From the NCBI GenBank assembly GCA_032718475.1, contig JAUCBJ010002087.1, positions 1 to 64,000 of the forward strand: a DNA stretch of 64,000 nt. The letters run 5' to 3'. Origin of the DNA: Nemertoderma westbladi (Eukaryota > Animalia > Xenacoelomorpha). The notes below the pieces were generated by a model. It was not told the origin of the DNA. It worked only from the letters and a program-made list of their open reading frames with translations, and did not search any database. Below, piece after piece: positions 11,171-24,300 of this stretch. How positions within the stretch are numbered: position 1 is the first letter of the stretch; every line of letters starts with the position of its first letter. The position numbers and the translations under genes are program-made.

Positions 11171-13685
11171 GATGGAGAAGAAGGCGTAAGAGGAAATCTT
11201 TGGTATTCTCTGGTAAGTTAAAAATTAACTACTAGAAAGCTAGCAAGCTGCCTGGAAGGAGCCCGGGGGAAAAATCCTAGCCAAGACTATTACAAAGAAC
11301 TATGTCAGTCAGCAGTAAGTAAACTAAAATTGTCTAAACTGCAAGGCGTGAGGCAAGCTGACTTTGTGGCTCGCCCCACATAATAAAAAATGCAACTTAG
11401 CTACCACTAACAAAAATATAATATGAAGCAAATAATTTCATTATCAAGAACGTTTACAAGATATAAGATGCGATTACCGAATATTTATAAAAAATGCCCA
11501 TGATGCACAACCAGATAAATAACAACGAATAGAGCCAAATAACAAATTTAGTTTCCTTCTATAGGTATTACCCCGTCGTCAAGCGGAATATCTCTTCCCA
11601 GTGAATTCTATGTGAATATGTAATATAGGTACTCCTTAGGCGATAGGCCAGAGCGGGCTCCTTAAATACATGCAACTACTGTATTATAGTGTAGGTCAAC
11701 TATAAAACATTTTGCAATCCACAGTGAGTATCGACTGCAATAGGACACAACACACTGCTTTGTGTAACTAAAATTCATTCTCCTGATCCACCCCCTAACA
11801 TAGCAGAGTGAGTAACCTTATTGTAGATATACCCTTAGGAAGCACTGGGAGAGCAATCAGCTTATGGGGTAATACATTAGAAACCAACAGCTTATGTGTG
11901 AGTAAACATTGCCTTTCCTTATAGCCTACTAGTAAAACTTGGCAACCAACACGTTTTTCTATGACTGTGTATAACATATTAAGCCATATTTCATCATGAA
12001 CACCAGCTGTTATTTTACCATTGCTTTTAATTTCGCGACAAAACAATGTCAAAAAACTAAATATATCGAATACCACATGTTAAACGAACTACCCCAGCCT
12101 AACCAATAAAGACACAAAACTGTTCTATTTACTAGACGGGGCAATCAGGAGCGTATATTACTAAATGTAGGGTTTCAGGTACGGAAAACCACTACTTCCC
12201 GTTGGATGGCGCTAATCTGCCGTCCGCTAATATATTTCCTAAATTTCTACGGCTCCTACTAAATTCTCGTTCCTTTCTCTACCAATTACTCGATAGAGAG
12301 CTAACTGTTCGAATATATGAGCCACGCGGGAATAACCAAAACAATAAACCCGAATCGGCTCCCTAAGCTGACTTAAAACGAGTGTGAGAGATTTTACACT
12401 CTGAGTGTATTTTATAGCCTAATATTACTGTAAATTTGCGCTTACAACTACGTCCTTTCTAATCGAATCTAATCGCAATACTGGGGTTCCCTAACGGAAA
12501 ATGTGAATGTGAGAATATTTAAAAATAATCGAAAATCGGTACGGTAATTATTTCGGGACTCTAACTTATCTGCGGCTGGCTTTAGGCCAGCAATTTACTG
12601 ATGCGCGTTGCGTACTGTATACTGCGATGTGAATTTTGTCCGCTAATTCAAATAACCGCCCAGCGTGAATAGTGTACGGTACTCTAAATTTATTACCTAA
12701 CTACCCTCCGCTATGCAGCGTACAAATTCCTAATTTTACTAATTAATTTCAGTCACAAATATGTAACGGCGTACTAATTACTAAGTATTCCAGAATGCGC
12801 AATTCTAAATTATTACGCAACGGGTCACACTAGCAACAGCCTAAAATACCGTATTATTTTCGACCTAATCAGAAATTAATTACAGTAAGCTAAGAAATAG
12901 AAATCAATCAAAGGGAAAAGAGCGCCTATCCAAGCATTCGTGATTTATTAGGCACACTTTAGTAACGCACCAATCAGCATAACACAATCGCGATCTACAG
13001 TTTAGCTAGCAATTCACAACTCGCAATTCGCAACTCGCAACTCGCAACGTAAGGGACGCAGATCTCTCCCGGCTACGTCTAGGCTTCCTAACTAACCCAA
13101 TTCCTGTCCCCCTAGTACTACAAAATAGAGACAAAACCTGGATCATCAGCCCCTAATTGCCGAACCGGCGTACCTGGCCCACCCTACGCCGCAACTTGCG
13201 CGCGCAATAGTAATCCCCCCAATGTTACTTGTCTTTGAATCCTCCGCACTCCCGTCGTCGCTAACCCCCCGATGCGCCCGCCGCGCTTACCGGTACCCTT
13301 GCCCTCCATCAGAATGAGTAGCTACCGTAGCGGCACATGCAAATCACAAAAGTCTGACAGTCTGAGAAATCCCGTAGGATTATTGTCGAAAGGAATCACA
13401 TAGAACCATTTACTAAAGGGTAGAAATCATAGTTCCAACTTGTAATTAATAGCGTGTAGTGGCCATATATATATTAGGGGTCATCGAACCTGAATTGAAC
13501 TAATACTGTTGTACCTTACTGCAGTATGCACCCATCACTGTGCACTGTATCAACTTTCGGTTTCATGGAAACTATTGTTACAGTCAGACAGTGGCTGTAC
13601 CCGTAGTCATTACTAATACTGGTTTTACTTACTGCTGTACTGACTCATGTAAATATTAAACGTTGAGAGACTACGCTCTCTACAT

Positions 13686-13701
13686 TGGTGACCCAGACTT
13701 G
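13686..13701 (+). promoter_or_regulatory. Primer-binding site of the Gypsy element (tRNA-Trp type)
   Basis: TGGTGACCCAGACTTG starts 1 nt after the LTR and matches the tRNA-Trp PBS TGGTGACCCCGACGTG at 14/16 positions. Confidence 0.8.
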
Positions 13702-13743
13702 CGCGAACGGATTTCGCGTACAGGCGTAGCTCTGTAGCTACCG

Positions 13744-14433
13744 ATGGCTAACGACCTCAACGCGGTCGCCATCAAACTGCCCCCGTTCTGGACGGAAAAC
13801 CCATCCGTCTGGTTCGCGCAGGTGGAGGCCCAGTTCCAACTCCGGAGGATTGTCGACGACTCGACAAAGTACTATCACGTCGTCGCCTCTCTCGACCAGC
13901 CGACCGCCGCTTGCCTCCTCGACACACTCACCGCTCCGCCTACAGATGGGAAGTACGAGGGACTGAAGGCGAGGCTCCTCGGGACTTTCGCCCTGAGTCG
14001 GCGGGAGCGCGCTGCGAGACTCCTCCATATGCGTGGGCTGGGCGACCGCAAGCCGTCCGAACTCATGGACGAGATGCTGGGGCTCCTCACCGGGCACACG
14101 CCGTGTTTGCTGTTCGAGCAACTCTTCCTCGAACAGCTCCCCGAGGACATTCGGCTACAAATCTCCAACGACTCTTTCGAGGACCCCCGCGCCCTGGCTG
14201 CGACCGCCGACGTTCTTTGGTTGGCCAAACGCCAGGGACAATCCCAACTGGCCGGCATGAACAGGGGGATGACAAACTCGCATCGCCCCAGGGACTCCTC
14301 CACAAACTCCTCCGGCACTGCTCAGCCTGACACCAAAAGCGTGTGTTACTACCACGCTCGGTTCGGTAGCGCTGCCAAGCAGTGCAAGGCGCTGTGTTCC
14401 TTCCCGGGAAACGCCCCGACCAGCCGACGGTAG
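13744..14433 (+). CDS. gag: Gypsy Gag (229 aa)
   Basis: N-terminus IKLPPFW..NPSVWFAQVEAQF and C-terminal CYYHARFGSAAKQCKALC (CHCC knuckle). Confidence 0.92.
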   Translation: MANDLNAVAIKLPPFWTENPSVWFAQVEAQFQLRRIVDDSTKYYHVVASLDQPTAACLLDTLTAPPTDGKYEGLKARLLGTFALSRRERAARLLHMRGLGDRKPSELMDEMLGLLTGHTPCLLFEQLFLEQLPEDIRLQISNDSFEDPRALAATADVLWLAKRQGQSQLAGMNRGMTNSHRPRDSSTNSSGTAQPDTKSVCYYHARFGSAAKQCKALCSFPGNAPTSRR

Positions 14434-17400
14434 CCGCGGCGTCGACTGGTCGATACAAACAGCGGGATAACCTCCTCTACCTCTGGGACCGGAACTCCGG
14501 GCGCCACTTCCTCGTGGACACCGGCGCCCAGGTGAGTGTGTTCCCCGCCAGCGGATTCGACACCCGTTCCGGACGTACTGGGCCGCCGCTCCGCGCCGTC
14601 AACGGATCATCGATTCGTTCCTACGGGACGCGCTCTATCCCCCTGCGGTTCAACGACCGGCGGACCCACTGGGACTTCGTCATCGCAGACGTCCCCCAAC
14701 CATTGCTTGGGGCTGATTTCCTCTGCGACAACGCCCTGATGGTTGACGTTAAGGGGCAGCAACTCATCGACATGGAAACTTTCCAGCCGATCCCCCTCCG
14801 TTGCTCCTCCTCCACCATCCCGGGAACCCATCCTCACCTCGCGTCGACCTCCGTGGACCGAGTTTACTCCGACCTCCTGGCGGAGTTCCCCGCCATCACG
14901 ACGCCAACCTTCTCGGACTCGTCACGGCGTGGAGCATTACATTCCGACCACTGGTCCTCCCGTTCACGCCCGCGCCCGTCGACTCCCTCTCGATAAACTC
15001 GAGATCGCGCGTGAAGAGTTCCGCAAGATGGAGGTGATGGGGATTATTCGCCGTTCGAATAGCCCCTGGTCGTCTCCCCTCCACATGGCGCCCAAACCAA
15101 ACGGCGGTTGGCGGCCCTGCGGCGACTACCGTCTCCTCAATGACGCCACGACCCCCGATCGGTACCCCGTCCCGCACATCCAGGACTTCTCGGCGCGACT
15201 CGCAGGGGCCACGATATTCTCCAAGGTCGATCTGGTGCGGGGCTACCACCAGATCCCCGTGGCGCCCGGAGACATTCCCAAGACCGCCGTTGTCACTCCG
15301 TTCGGCCTCTTCGAATTCGTTCGTATGCCGTTCGGCCTCAAGAACGCCGCCCAGGCCTTCCAACGCCTGATGGACTCTGTGTGCTCCGGGCTGGACTTCC
15401 TCTACGTGTACCTCGACGATATCCTCATCGCGAGTGAAACCCCCGAGGAACACCTCGCCCATCTGCGTCAACTCTTCCAGCGGCTCCAAGACTACGGCCT
15501 TGTTGTCAACCTTGCGAAGTGCGTGTTCGGGGTGGCGGAAATCCAGTTCCTGGGCCACGTCGTAAATGCATCCGGCGCCCATCCGCTCCCCGATAAGGTA
15601 GAAGCCGTCCGCTCCTTCCTGCGTCCAACCACCACCAAAGGGTTGCGGGAGTTTATCGGTATGGTAACGTTTTACCACCGATTTATACCCGCAGCTGCTG
15701 CCGCACTGCAGCCACTTTACGCCGCCGTCGCCACCAAGGCTAAGGACGTCGACTGGACTCCCGAACTAGCCGCGTCCTTCGAGTCCTCCAAGCGGGCCCT
15801 CGCAAACGCCGCCATGCTCGTCCACCCTCGCCACGATGCGCCGACCTCCGTCACCACCGACGCATCAGACTCAGCTGTCGGCGCGGCACTAGAACAGTGG
15901 ACCGATGGAAAGTGGCGACCGCTCGCGTTCTTCAGCCGACAACTTCGCCCTCCCGAACGGAAGTACAGCGCCTACGACCGCGAACTCCTCGGCTTATACC
16001 TCGCGGTCCGCCACTTCCGTTATTTTCTCGAAGGCCGAACGTTTGTGGCCTACACGGACCATAAACCCCTAACTCAGGCCTTCTCAAAGGTCACTGACCC
16101 CTGGTCCCCCCGTCAACAGCGCCACCTGGCGTACATCTCGGAATTCACCACGAATGTACGCCACGTAGACGGAAAGGACAACCAGGTCGCGGACGCCCTC
16201 TCTCGCAGCTTCGTGGGCCATCTGTCGACCCAACTCGGGGTCGACTATAAGGCCATGTCGGCCGCCCAACGGGAGGACGACGAACTACAGGCCTTCCGGG
16301 CAAACCCTGGTAGCCTCGATCTACGTGACGTCACACTCGCGGACGATGACGTCACGCTCCTCTGTGACGTCTCTACGGGCCGACCTCGGCCGATAGTCCC
16401 CAGCACGTGGCGCCGCCACATGTTCGATGTGGTCCATTCGCTGTCCCACCCATCAATCCGCTCCACTAGGAAACTCCTCTCCGAGCGTTTCGTCTGGCAC
16501 GGCCTGTCCAAACAAGTGACGAGCTGGGCCAAGGCTTGCGTCGCCTGCCAGACCTCTAAGGTTCAACGCCATATAAAGGCCCCCCTCGAGACATTCTCTG
16601 TTCCTCGACGCCGGTTCGACCATGTCAACGTCGACCTGGTAGGGCCCCTCCCTCCATCCAGAGGCTCCACCTACCTGTTTACGATCGTCGACCGGACTAC
16701 TCGTTGGCCCGAGGCCATCCCGCTCGCCGACTCCACAACCGAGAGCTGCGCCCGCGCTCTCGTCGCCCACTGGATCGCCCGGTTCGGCGTACCGGTCGAA
16801 CTATCCTCCGACCGCGGCAGTCAGTTCACCTCGGAGTTGTGGGCCGACGTCAACAGACTCTTCGGCACCAAACTCCACCGGACGACGGCCTACCATCCGC
16901 AGGCAAACGGCCTGGTGGAACGGTTCCACCGTTCCCTCAAGGCCTCCCTTAGAGCCCGACTAACTGGACCAAACTGGGTCGACGAACTGCCATGGGCCCT
17001 TCTGGGCTACCGGACCGCCCCCAAAGAGGACCTCCACTGCTCGTCGGCCGAGCTGGTCTACGGCGAGCCACTGACGGTGCCTGGCGACTTCGTTGCCTCG
17101 CCAACCGACCCTCCGAACTCGACAGCTTTCCTCCCGGGCCTCCACAACCACGCACGGCAGTTCATGCCCACACCAACCTCCCGTCATGGCCAACCCAACT
17201 CGTCAGTGCCGTCACAACTAACAACCAGTGACTATGTCTTTTTACGCACTGATGCTCACCGCGCTCCCTTACAGCGGCCCTACACCGGGCCGTACAAGGT
17301 CGTACAGCGCGGCTCAAAGACGTTCGTCATCGAGGTGGGCGGGCGTCAGGAGACCGTCTCCATCGACAGACTCAAACCGGCCCACCTCGCTATCGATGAA

Positions 17401-17559
17401 CCCGTCATTGTGGCCATCCCACCGCGCCGTGGTCGACCACCTACAGTGACACCCCCGGACCTCCCTCCCCCCAGTCCCTGCAATTCACCCGAACCACCGC
17501 AAACTACCATAGCAACTCGAAGTGGGCGGGCCATCCGGCAGCCGGACTATTTTTATTAA
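14406..17559 (+). CDS. pol: Gypsy Pol (protease, RT, RNase H, integrase), entered by -1 frameshift and broken by one extra frameshift near 14920
   Basis: LVDTGA protease in ORF 14382-14996. RT YLDD, RNase H TTDAS, integrase HH-CC (H..SHP...CVAC) and DDE core (VDLVGP, SDRG, ERFHR) in ORF 14743-17559. Confidence 0.9.
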
Positions 17560-19442
17560 TTCAGGTTCTGGGGGGAGCCATGTAGTGGCCATATATATAT
17601 TAGGGGTCATCGAACCTGAATTGAACTAATACTGTTGTACCTTACTGCAGTATGCACCCATCACTGTGCACTGTATCAACTTTCGGTTTCATGGAAACTA
17701 TTGTTACAGTCAGACAGTGGCTGTACCCGTAGTCATTACTAATACTGGTTTTACTTACTGCTGTACTGACTCATGTAAATATTAAACGTTGAGAGACTAC
17801 GCTCTCTACAAGCGATCATTGAGATTGATTGAGAAACACAAACAAGAATCGAACAGAAATTGCAAGTTAACGAATCATTGCAAGAAATCAAAAAAGGGCA
17901 GTAATTTACGCAGAAAACTAAGCATCGAATAATAGTTGAAGGTGAGCTGTGTGGGGTGTGGTGACTAAGCAGAATGTGAGATTGAGATAAGTAACAATGG
18001 AAGTAGGCCAATTTATAGGTGATTTGAGAAGGGTGATGCAATCGATCTCTCATTGGCTCCCCAATCCGAGCTAACATCAGACCAACCTGGAAGCAGTTAG
18101 GCCAATAAGAGAGCCGGATTGTGGGCCTATAGCGCCCTGAAATCGTAAATTGCCACCATATAAGGTAATTTTCCCGATGCTTAATTTGGCGGTACTAATA
18201 ATATCATGCACAAATATAAATTTAGCGCAATTATAGAGAAATTAAAACCAGTAGCTAGCCTCATCAAGGCTAATAACGGCAAGCCCAGATCCAGGGTCCA
18301 ACAAGGACTTGCTACCCTGGAACTATCTACTTATATCCTATTACAAAATTACATAGGTAGGGCTACATACTATACAAAATGGATGAATCAAAAATATATG
18401 GGCGTTTCAACTTCCTTATCTAAATATCATTGCGCATTATGTCTTATCTAAATAATTATACTGCATCACGGACTAATATATGATACTATATAATGGACTA
18501 ATATATTATACTGTATAATGGACTAACATTATTATACTGTATAACGGACTAATATATTACATAATGTAGGTACAGCGCCATATACCGTAACACCGCTCCA
18601 AGGGAAATCATGCAATGTTTCCCTCCAACTGTAGAAGAGTGTAAGGCGATGTATACAAAACAAAATAAATCTCTTTCAAATAATCTAAAATATCTTGATA
18701 CTATACTATTTACAAATATTGCTATAGATATTGCATAATGAATTGCATACAAATTAAATTTACAAAATATTATCTCTCTCAATGTTAACGATTATTACAT
18801 ACAAATTAAATTTACAAAAATATTACTTCCTCGTTCGTACTACATAATGATTACTACATACAAAATTAAATTGACAAAAATATTACTTCCTTTATTTATT
18901 TACAAATTGACGGTCTACCTATTGAAATGGAACATGGCTAGGACAATGTCCCCCATTTCCCATCTCAAATTAACGATCAACATTAACAAGATAAACTAAA
19001 TATAAACGTATTGCATTAAAGGCCGATAATCAAATTAAATATAAAATACGTAATAATTTCTTCCATTTTCGGACTTTACTTAATTTCTTATAAAAAATGC
19101 AAATCATCTTGGTTTAATGATTGCTCAGGTAAGTGAAAGGAGTAAGCCAAACCCGCGGGTTTGTCTCCCCAATCACTTCCCTTGCCTCTTTCAATAAACT
19201 TTAGAGCAAATAAAGTCGTATACACAAAATCAAATATAGTATAAAGTATTTACTATTTCCAACGGACTACAAAGTTAAAGTATTTCCTTTCAATATTTTT
19301 CGGCCTTCGAAAATAAAACTCTAAAATATGGATACGACTAGTGTATATGAGTCCAGTCGAATGATTGATCAAAACCTACGATATACATCAGAGCGACGAT
19401 GATGTATATGTCTAGAGTTTGTCGCTCCGTGATATTATAGTC

Positions 19443-20640
19443 TCATCGGCTAGCTCCTGGGTCTCTCGGGCTCGCTCCCCTCTCCAGATACACCAGTCTA
19501 CCTCCTGTAGACTCTGTTGACGGCGTCCTTGAGGCGTCACTTCCCGGAACCGGCGACGACGTTCCCTGGGCACCGACTATCTCCCGACTGGTGCTCCTCC
19601 CTCGGCCTCGTCCCATTTGCCGTGTCCCTGTGGGCGCCTCCGCCAACTCCTCCTTCTGCAACTTTATAGAATGGAACTGCTCGTCCTTGGCTTGACGCTT
19701 GCCAAGGACTCCTCCTTCTGCAACTTTATAGAATGGAACTGCTCGTCCTTGGCTTGACGCTTGCCAAGGACTCCTCCTTCTGGTACTTGCCACGAGCTGT
19801 GAGCTCCGGCTGTTGTCGCTGTGGGCGCGGCGGTCCGTTGCTCCTCCACTCGTTCAGAGGTCAATGACCCCAAACGAGTCTCCTTAGGCCGCCAATTGTG
19901 CGCTGGGTAATAAATCTAGACGTATATATCAGAGCGACGATGATATATAAAGGATTGGACATATTCGGGCTTAATAATGCGTGCGTCGAAACTTCCCGAA
20001 ATAATTTGGAGTAAATATCGTATAAATAGCGGATCGTGGGTATAGTTAGTAGACGGATGGATGGCGCGAATCTCGTCTGGATACTCAGGCGTGAGCTTCC
20101 TCTCTTGGTGAAGCGAAGTGAACGTGGTCCAGGAACTCGAGTCCCGTGCCGCTTCGCGCCGCGCCTCTAGGTCTTTATAGGCTCGGTATAGCGAAATGGC
20201 CGCCGCCGTGTCTATCAAAGCGGGTGTCGAACAGGTTTAATCTCCGTATACGGATCTAAAGTCGTAACGGTCGGCGTAATGGGTCTCGGAGGTCGCTTTC
20301 CGCTGAAGTCGATACTGATCATCGGGTTGCTCATTGGGTAACCTCCCTCGTTATATCTAAGGAATTGGTGAGCTTGACATCGCGTTAATATTGGTTCAGG
20401 ATGTTGCTCGTTCAGTCGATCGGGAATCGCCACGTCTTGTTTATTCATGCATTCACCGCATTTGTAGAACAACTTGTATACGCTGAAGACCTTTGGCGTC
20501 TCCTAATCCTCGCCTCGAGTCCTCCGGTAAAGATGCATCCCGTCGAATTGATCTCGGAAGGCAGGTAGCGGTTCATCGTGTCGCAAATACATATATCCCA
20601 ATAGTTCGTTACGCAAACCAATTACACTGTGGGTAAATCA
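19443..20640 (-). pseudogene. Decayed accessory ORF downstream of pol in the outer BEL element
   Basis: Chain of same-strand ORF pieces (20215-20472, 19916-20218, 19664-19873, 19443-19793) joined by in-frame TAGs (~20500-20502, 19916-19918) and frameshifts. Contains a CGEC...CQAH motif and a 62-bp internal duplication. Confidence 0.5.
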
Positions 20641-21349
20641 GTTAGATGTCGCCGAAGGACAGACCTCTTGAGCCCCCCCACCCCCCCACCCCCCCCCCCC
20701 CCCCCGCCTTCCAGCAGTTCAGGTTCGACTCTCTAGATCTCGTCTCATTCCTAACTATCCTCTAACCTATTCCCATGCATAGCGCAAAACTTTGGAGGTA
20801 AACTGGCCGTGACCAACTCACTTTTTGATGCCCAAACTACTCCCATTACTTGTACTAAACTACAGTAGTTAGAAAGGGCCATAATCTCAATGCTCGACTA
20901 TACCAAACCCACAGGTTTGATAATCGAACATCACACTTCACTGCAAACTACCGAGTGGGGTCCGTGTACGCCCTGGTGCTACTAACCTTTAGCACCTTAG
21001 TTGTACTGTTGGCACCAATCTGTGGATATTGCTAAACTCAATTTACACTCCTACGTAATATAGCCGTCACCATGGTTTCTAAATGCTATTTTCCAGGCTT
21101 CACGACTTTTCAAATTACTGTTTATCTATAGACGAATTCAAAACACGTCTATACACAGCGTCTGGAATTGTCTTGGGTTCACTTCTAATTTTTTTTTTTT
21201 AAATTTTCTAATTTTCCAAAATTTTGAAAATAAAATTTTGTTTTGATACCCACCAGACAAAACTCAACGCAAATCACCACAAACCCGCTCCTATGCATTT
21301 CCTAGTATTTGCATACGAGGAATGCATACGAAGTGAGTTGCGTCCAACA

Positions 21350-24300
21350 CTAATTTTTATTTGAGGCAGGAGACAAATTACAATCCCCCGTCTCGATGCG
21401 TGTCTCCTCTAATAACACGATATCTTGGACCGGTCGGTCCAAGGTGTGTAAACCATTAGTTTTACACTTCTTTGGGTGCGGACACTTGCACCTAATTTTC
21501 ACAGTGACTGTGAGCACTATGTTTTGCACGTCTGGGTGTGTGTGCAAGATCACTCCCGTCTCCCAGTACTTTCTCTTGACAATCGGCTCGGTTATCAATA
21601 CGTAATCTCCCCTTTGGAGACTCCGAACCGTTTTGTACCACTTTGTTCTGGTGGATATGGTGGGAAGATAGTATTCCCGCCAATATTCCCAGAATGTGTA
21701 CGCTACGAATTGAGTTATTTTCCAGCTCTTACGACTGTATAGGTCGGCACTAATGGGTTCTGATGCCGGCACAAGAAATGCTGGACTCTGCATTAGCAAA
21801 TGATTCGGCGTTAATGCAACACCGTCTGGTAACATAGCTATCGGCCTCGAGTTTAATGTATGCTCGATTTCGATGAAAGCTGTGACCAGTTCGTCGTCGG
21901 TAAGTTGTTTGTTTACAGGCAACGTTTTGGCAATGGCCTGCTTTACAGAGCGAACTAAACGCTCCCAACTTCCTCTTCTCCAAGGACTTTCTGGAGTATT
22001 AAATCTCCACTCTACTCTTTGCGGCAAAAGTGCTGCAGAAATTTCCTTATTCTGTGCCGCTTTATGAACCGCGTTCAACTCGCTATTCCCTCCGACAAAG
22101 TTTGTACCCTTGTCAGAGTAGAACGCCTTTACTAGTCCTCTCCTGGCCATAAATCTCTTCAAGGCCAGGAGCAGAGATTTGGTCGACATGTCTGCCACAC
22201 GCTCAATGTATATGGCTCTACTAGCCATACATGTCAGTAGCAGACCCCATCGCTTGTGGGTCAACCGTCCACTCTTTGCTTCAATCGGACCAAAACAATC
22301 CACCCCTGTGTTCGTAAAGGGTGGGTCATATGCCTGCACTCTCGCTTCCGGGAGTTCAGCCATCTCCTGTTCCAATACTCTGGCGTTCACCCTCTTGCAA
22401 ACCAGACAGGCGTCATACATAGTGCCTACTGCCCTGCTTGGCTGCAATAAAATGAATCGCTGTCTCGCTGCCGACAAACAGTGTAACTTTCCCGCGTGAT
22501 GCAACCTCTTGTGTATATCCCATAGAATCGCTCTTTGCAATTCTATTGGGTGACTAGGGATTATCACTGGGAACCTGAACTGTGAGTTTATGTCGACAGT
22601 CTGGATTCTCGATCTATGACAAATCAAACCCTTATGGATTAATGGACTCCATTTTCTAAGGGGTTTATAGAGAACTGGTCGTTGAGCCGATAATAGATAG
22701 AATTCTTTGGGGAAGGTACACATTTGATAATGTTTCAAATGCTTTAATTCCGCTTGATCAATCTCATCCTCTGTCAGAGGTTGTTTCAATTTCTGAATTC
22801 GCTCACTATTAGTGCTCGTTTGTTCTCCTAAATGTTCCGAATGTTTTATACAAAGGTACGAAATGTATCGGCTTAACCACGCAGTTCTTTTACAAATTGT
22901 CAGCCAAGAGGCAGACGAATTTAGTAATTTGTCATAAACACTACATGGCTCAAATGCCAGCGATGGTTGTCCGCTAACTAATGGAAGTTTCGAATCCAAA
23001 CCCGCAGGTTTGGAAACCAAAGGCTCCATTTTGTCAGTCATTTTCTGTCCGTCACTTACTAATTGTGACTCCGGTTTAGTCTGTAAGGGTGGTTTTATGT
23101 CATAACTTACCCTTCCGGACCTAGTAGTCACGTAAGTCTGTTGGTCTGACAGGTCTCCGGGCCGCTCCAATGACTCTTCAGGCCGCTCCAATGACTCTTC
23201 AGGCCGCTCCAATGACTTGAGTTTGGCTTTAGACTTTGACTTAGAGACTTTCCCCACTTTGACTTCTGCATCTTCAGGCATCGGATTGGTCACTATCTTT
23301 AGTCGCTCTGGCCAATGTTCCTGTGTCCTCGTTAGAAAATCAGGTCCATGCAACCAAAACTCCTGCGACTCTTCCTGACAGAATTCCGCCGGCATTGCAC
23401 CTCTCGAAGTTATGTCGGCCGGGTTTAACACTGCCGGACAATGTCTCCATTGTTCCTTCGTCGAAAAGTCAACGATTTGAGCGCGTCTGTTGGCCACAAA
23501 TGTCTTTAGTGCAATATTGTCGGCCGCAATATATACTAACACTAAGGATGCGTCCGTCCAATAGAATAAGGTCAATGTCGTGTCTAACTCCTTTGTTATC
23601 TGCTTACTTACCTCGACTGAAACTACAGCCGCCTGTAACTCTGCACGAGGGACAGTCATGTATTTGACCGGCATTGTCTTTGATCTAGAAGTCACAAAAG
23701 CCGTCTCAAATTTATCCTGACTCACCTCTCGGCGAAGGTAGGCTACCATACCAAAGCCGGTGTCACTTGCGTCACTAAACAAGTGGAGTTCGAGATCAGC
23801 TGGGAATACCAGCTGATTCGGAAAGTAGGAACGGGGTACATCTATATTTTTCAATAGATGCAACTCGGCCTCCCACTCTCTCCACTGCTTTGCATGTATA
23901 GGAGATATTGGTTCGTCCCACTCTAAGTCGGACAACCAAATTTTCCTCATGCACGCTCGTGCCTGTAATATTACCGGACTGATAAATTTCATCGGGTCAA
24001 ATAGTCTACTTAAAGTCGATAAGCAAATTCTCTTTGTCAAAACTTTGTCTGGGCTACTGGGCTCAAATCTAACTCTTACCTGGAATTTATCCGTGTTCGG
24101 ATTCCAAGCGAGTCCCAGTACTCGCGCCATGGGGATGGGTTCTACCCCCAATTCAATGTCTCCGCTCCCGCGATCCTTTACCGGGAACGACTCTAATAGG
24201 GCCTCCGAGTTCGTAGTGAACTTGGTCAGAGGAAATCCCCCTGTAGCCAAGCACTCCTGCAGGCCGTGAGCCACTTCTATGGCTTGTTCCGCCGTGTCCT

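Larger units (their letters stand above)
13455..17810 (+). mobile_element. Ty3/Gypsy LTR retrotransposon, CsRN1-like clade, very recent insertion
   Basis: 230-bp LTRs (13455-13684, 17581-17810; TG...CA; no differences seen). 4-bp TSD AGCG, tRNA-Trp-like PBS, PPT TCTGGGGGGAGCCA, CHCC gag motif and PR-RT-RH-IN domain order. Confidence 0.97.
12078..18592 (-). repeat. 3' LTR of the outer BEL element (~2,155 bp after removing the Gypsy insert)
   Basis: Collinear with 29314-29400 + 30031-31038 + 42870-43931. Preceded in element sense by PPT-like CTTGGAGCGG (18593-18602 on the minus strand). The U3 part has several CCAAT boxes (~18005-18107), a CArG box CCATATAAGG (~18156-18165) and ~25-bp tandem repeats (18470-18560). 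Confidence 0.93.

Noticed and set aside
13085-13155. Hammerhead ribozyme in the outer LTR (minus-strand CTGATGA about 85 nt upstream of the putative primer)
   Set aside because: No downstream GAAA core or stem II/III pairing could be found.
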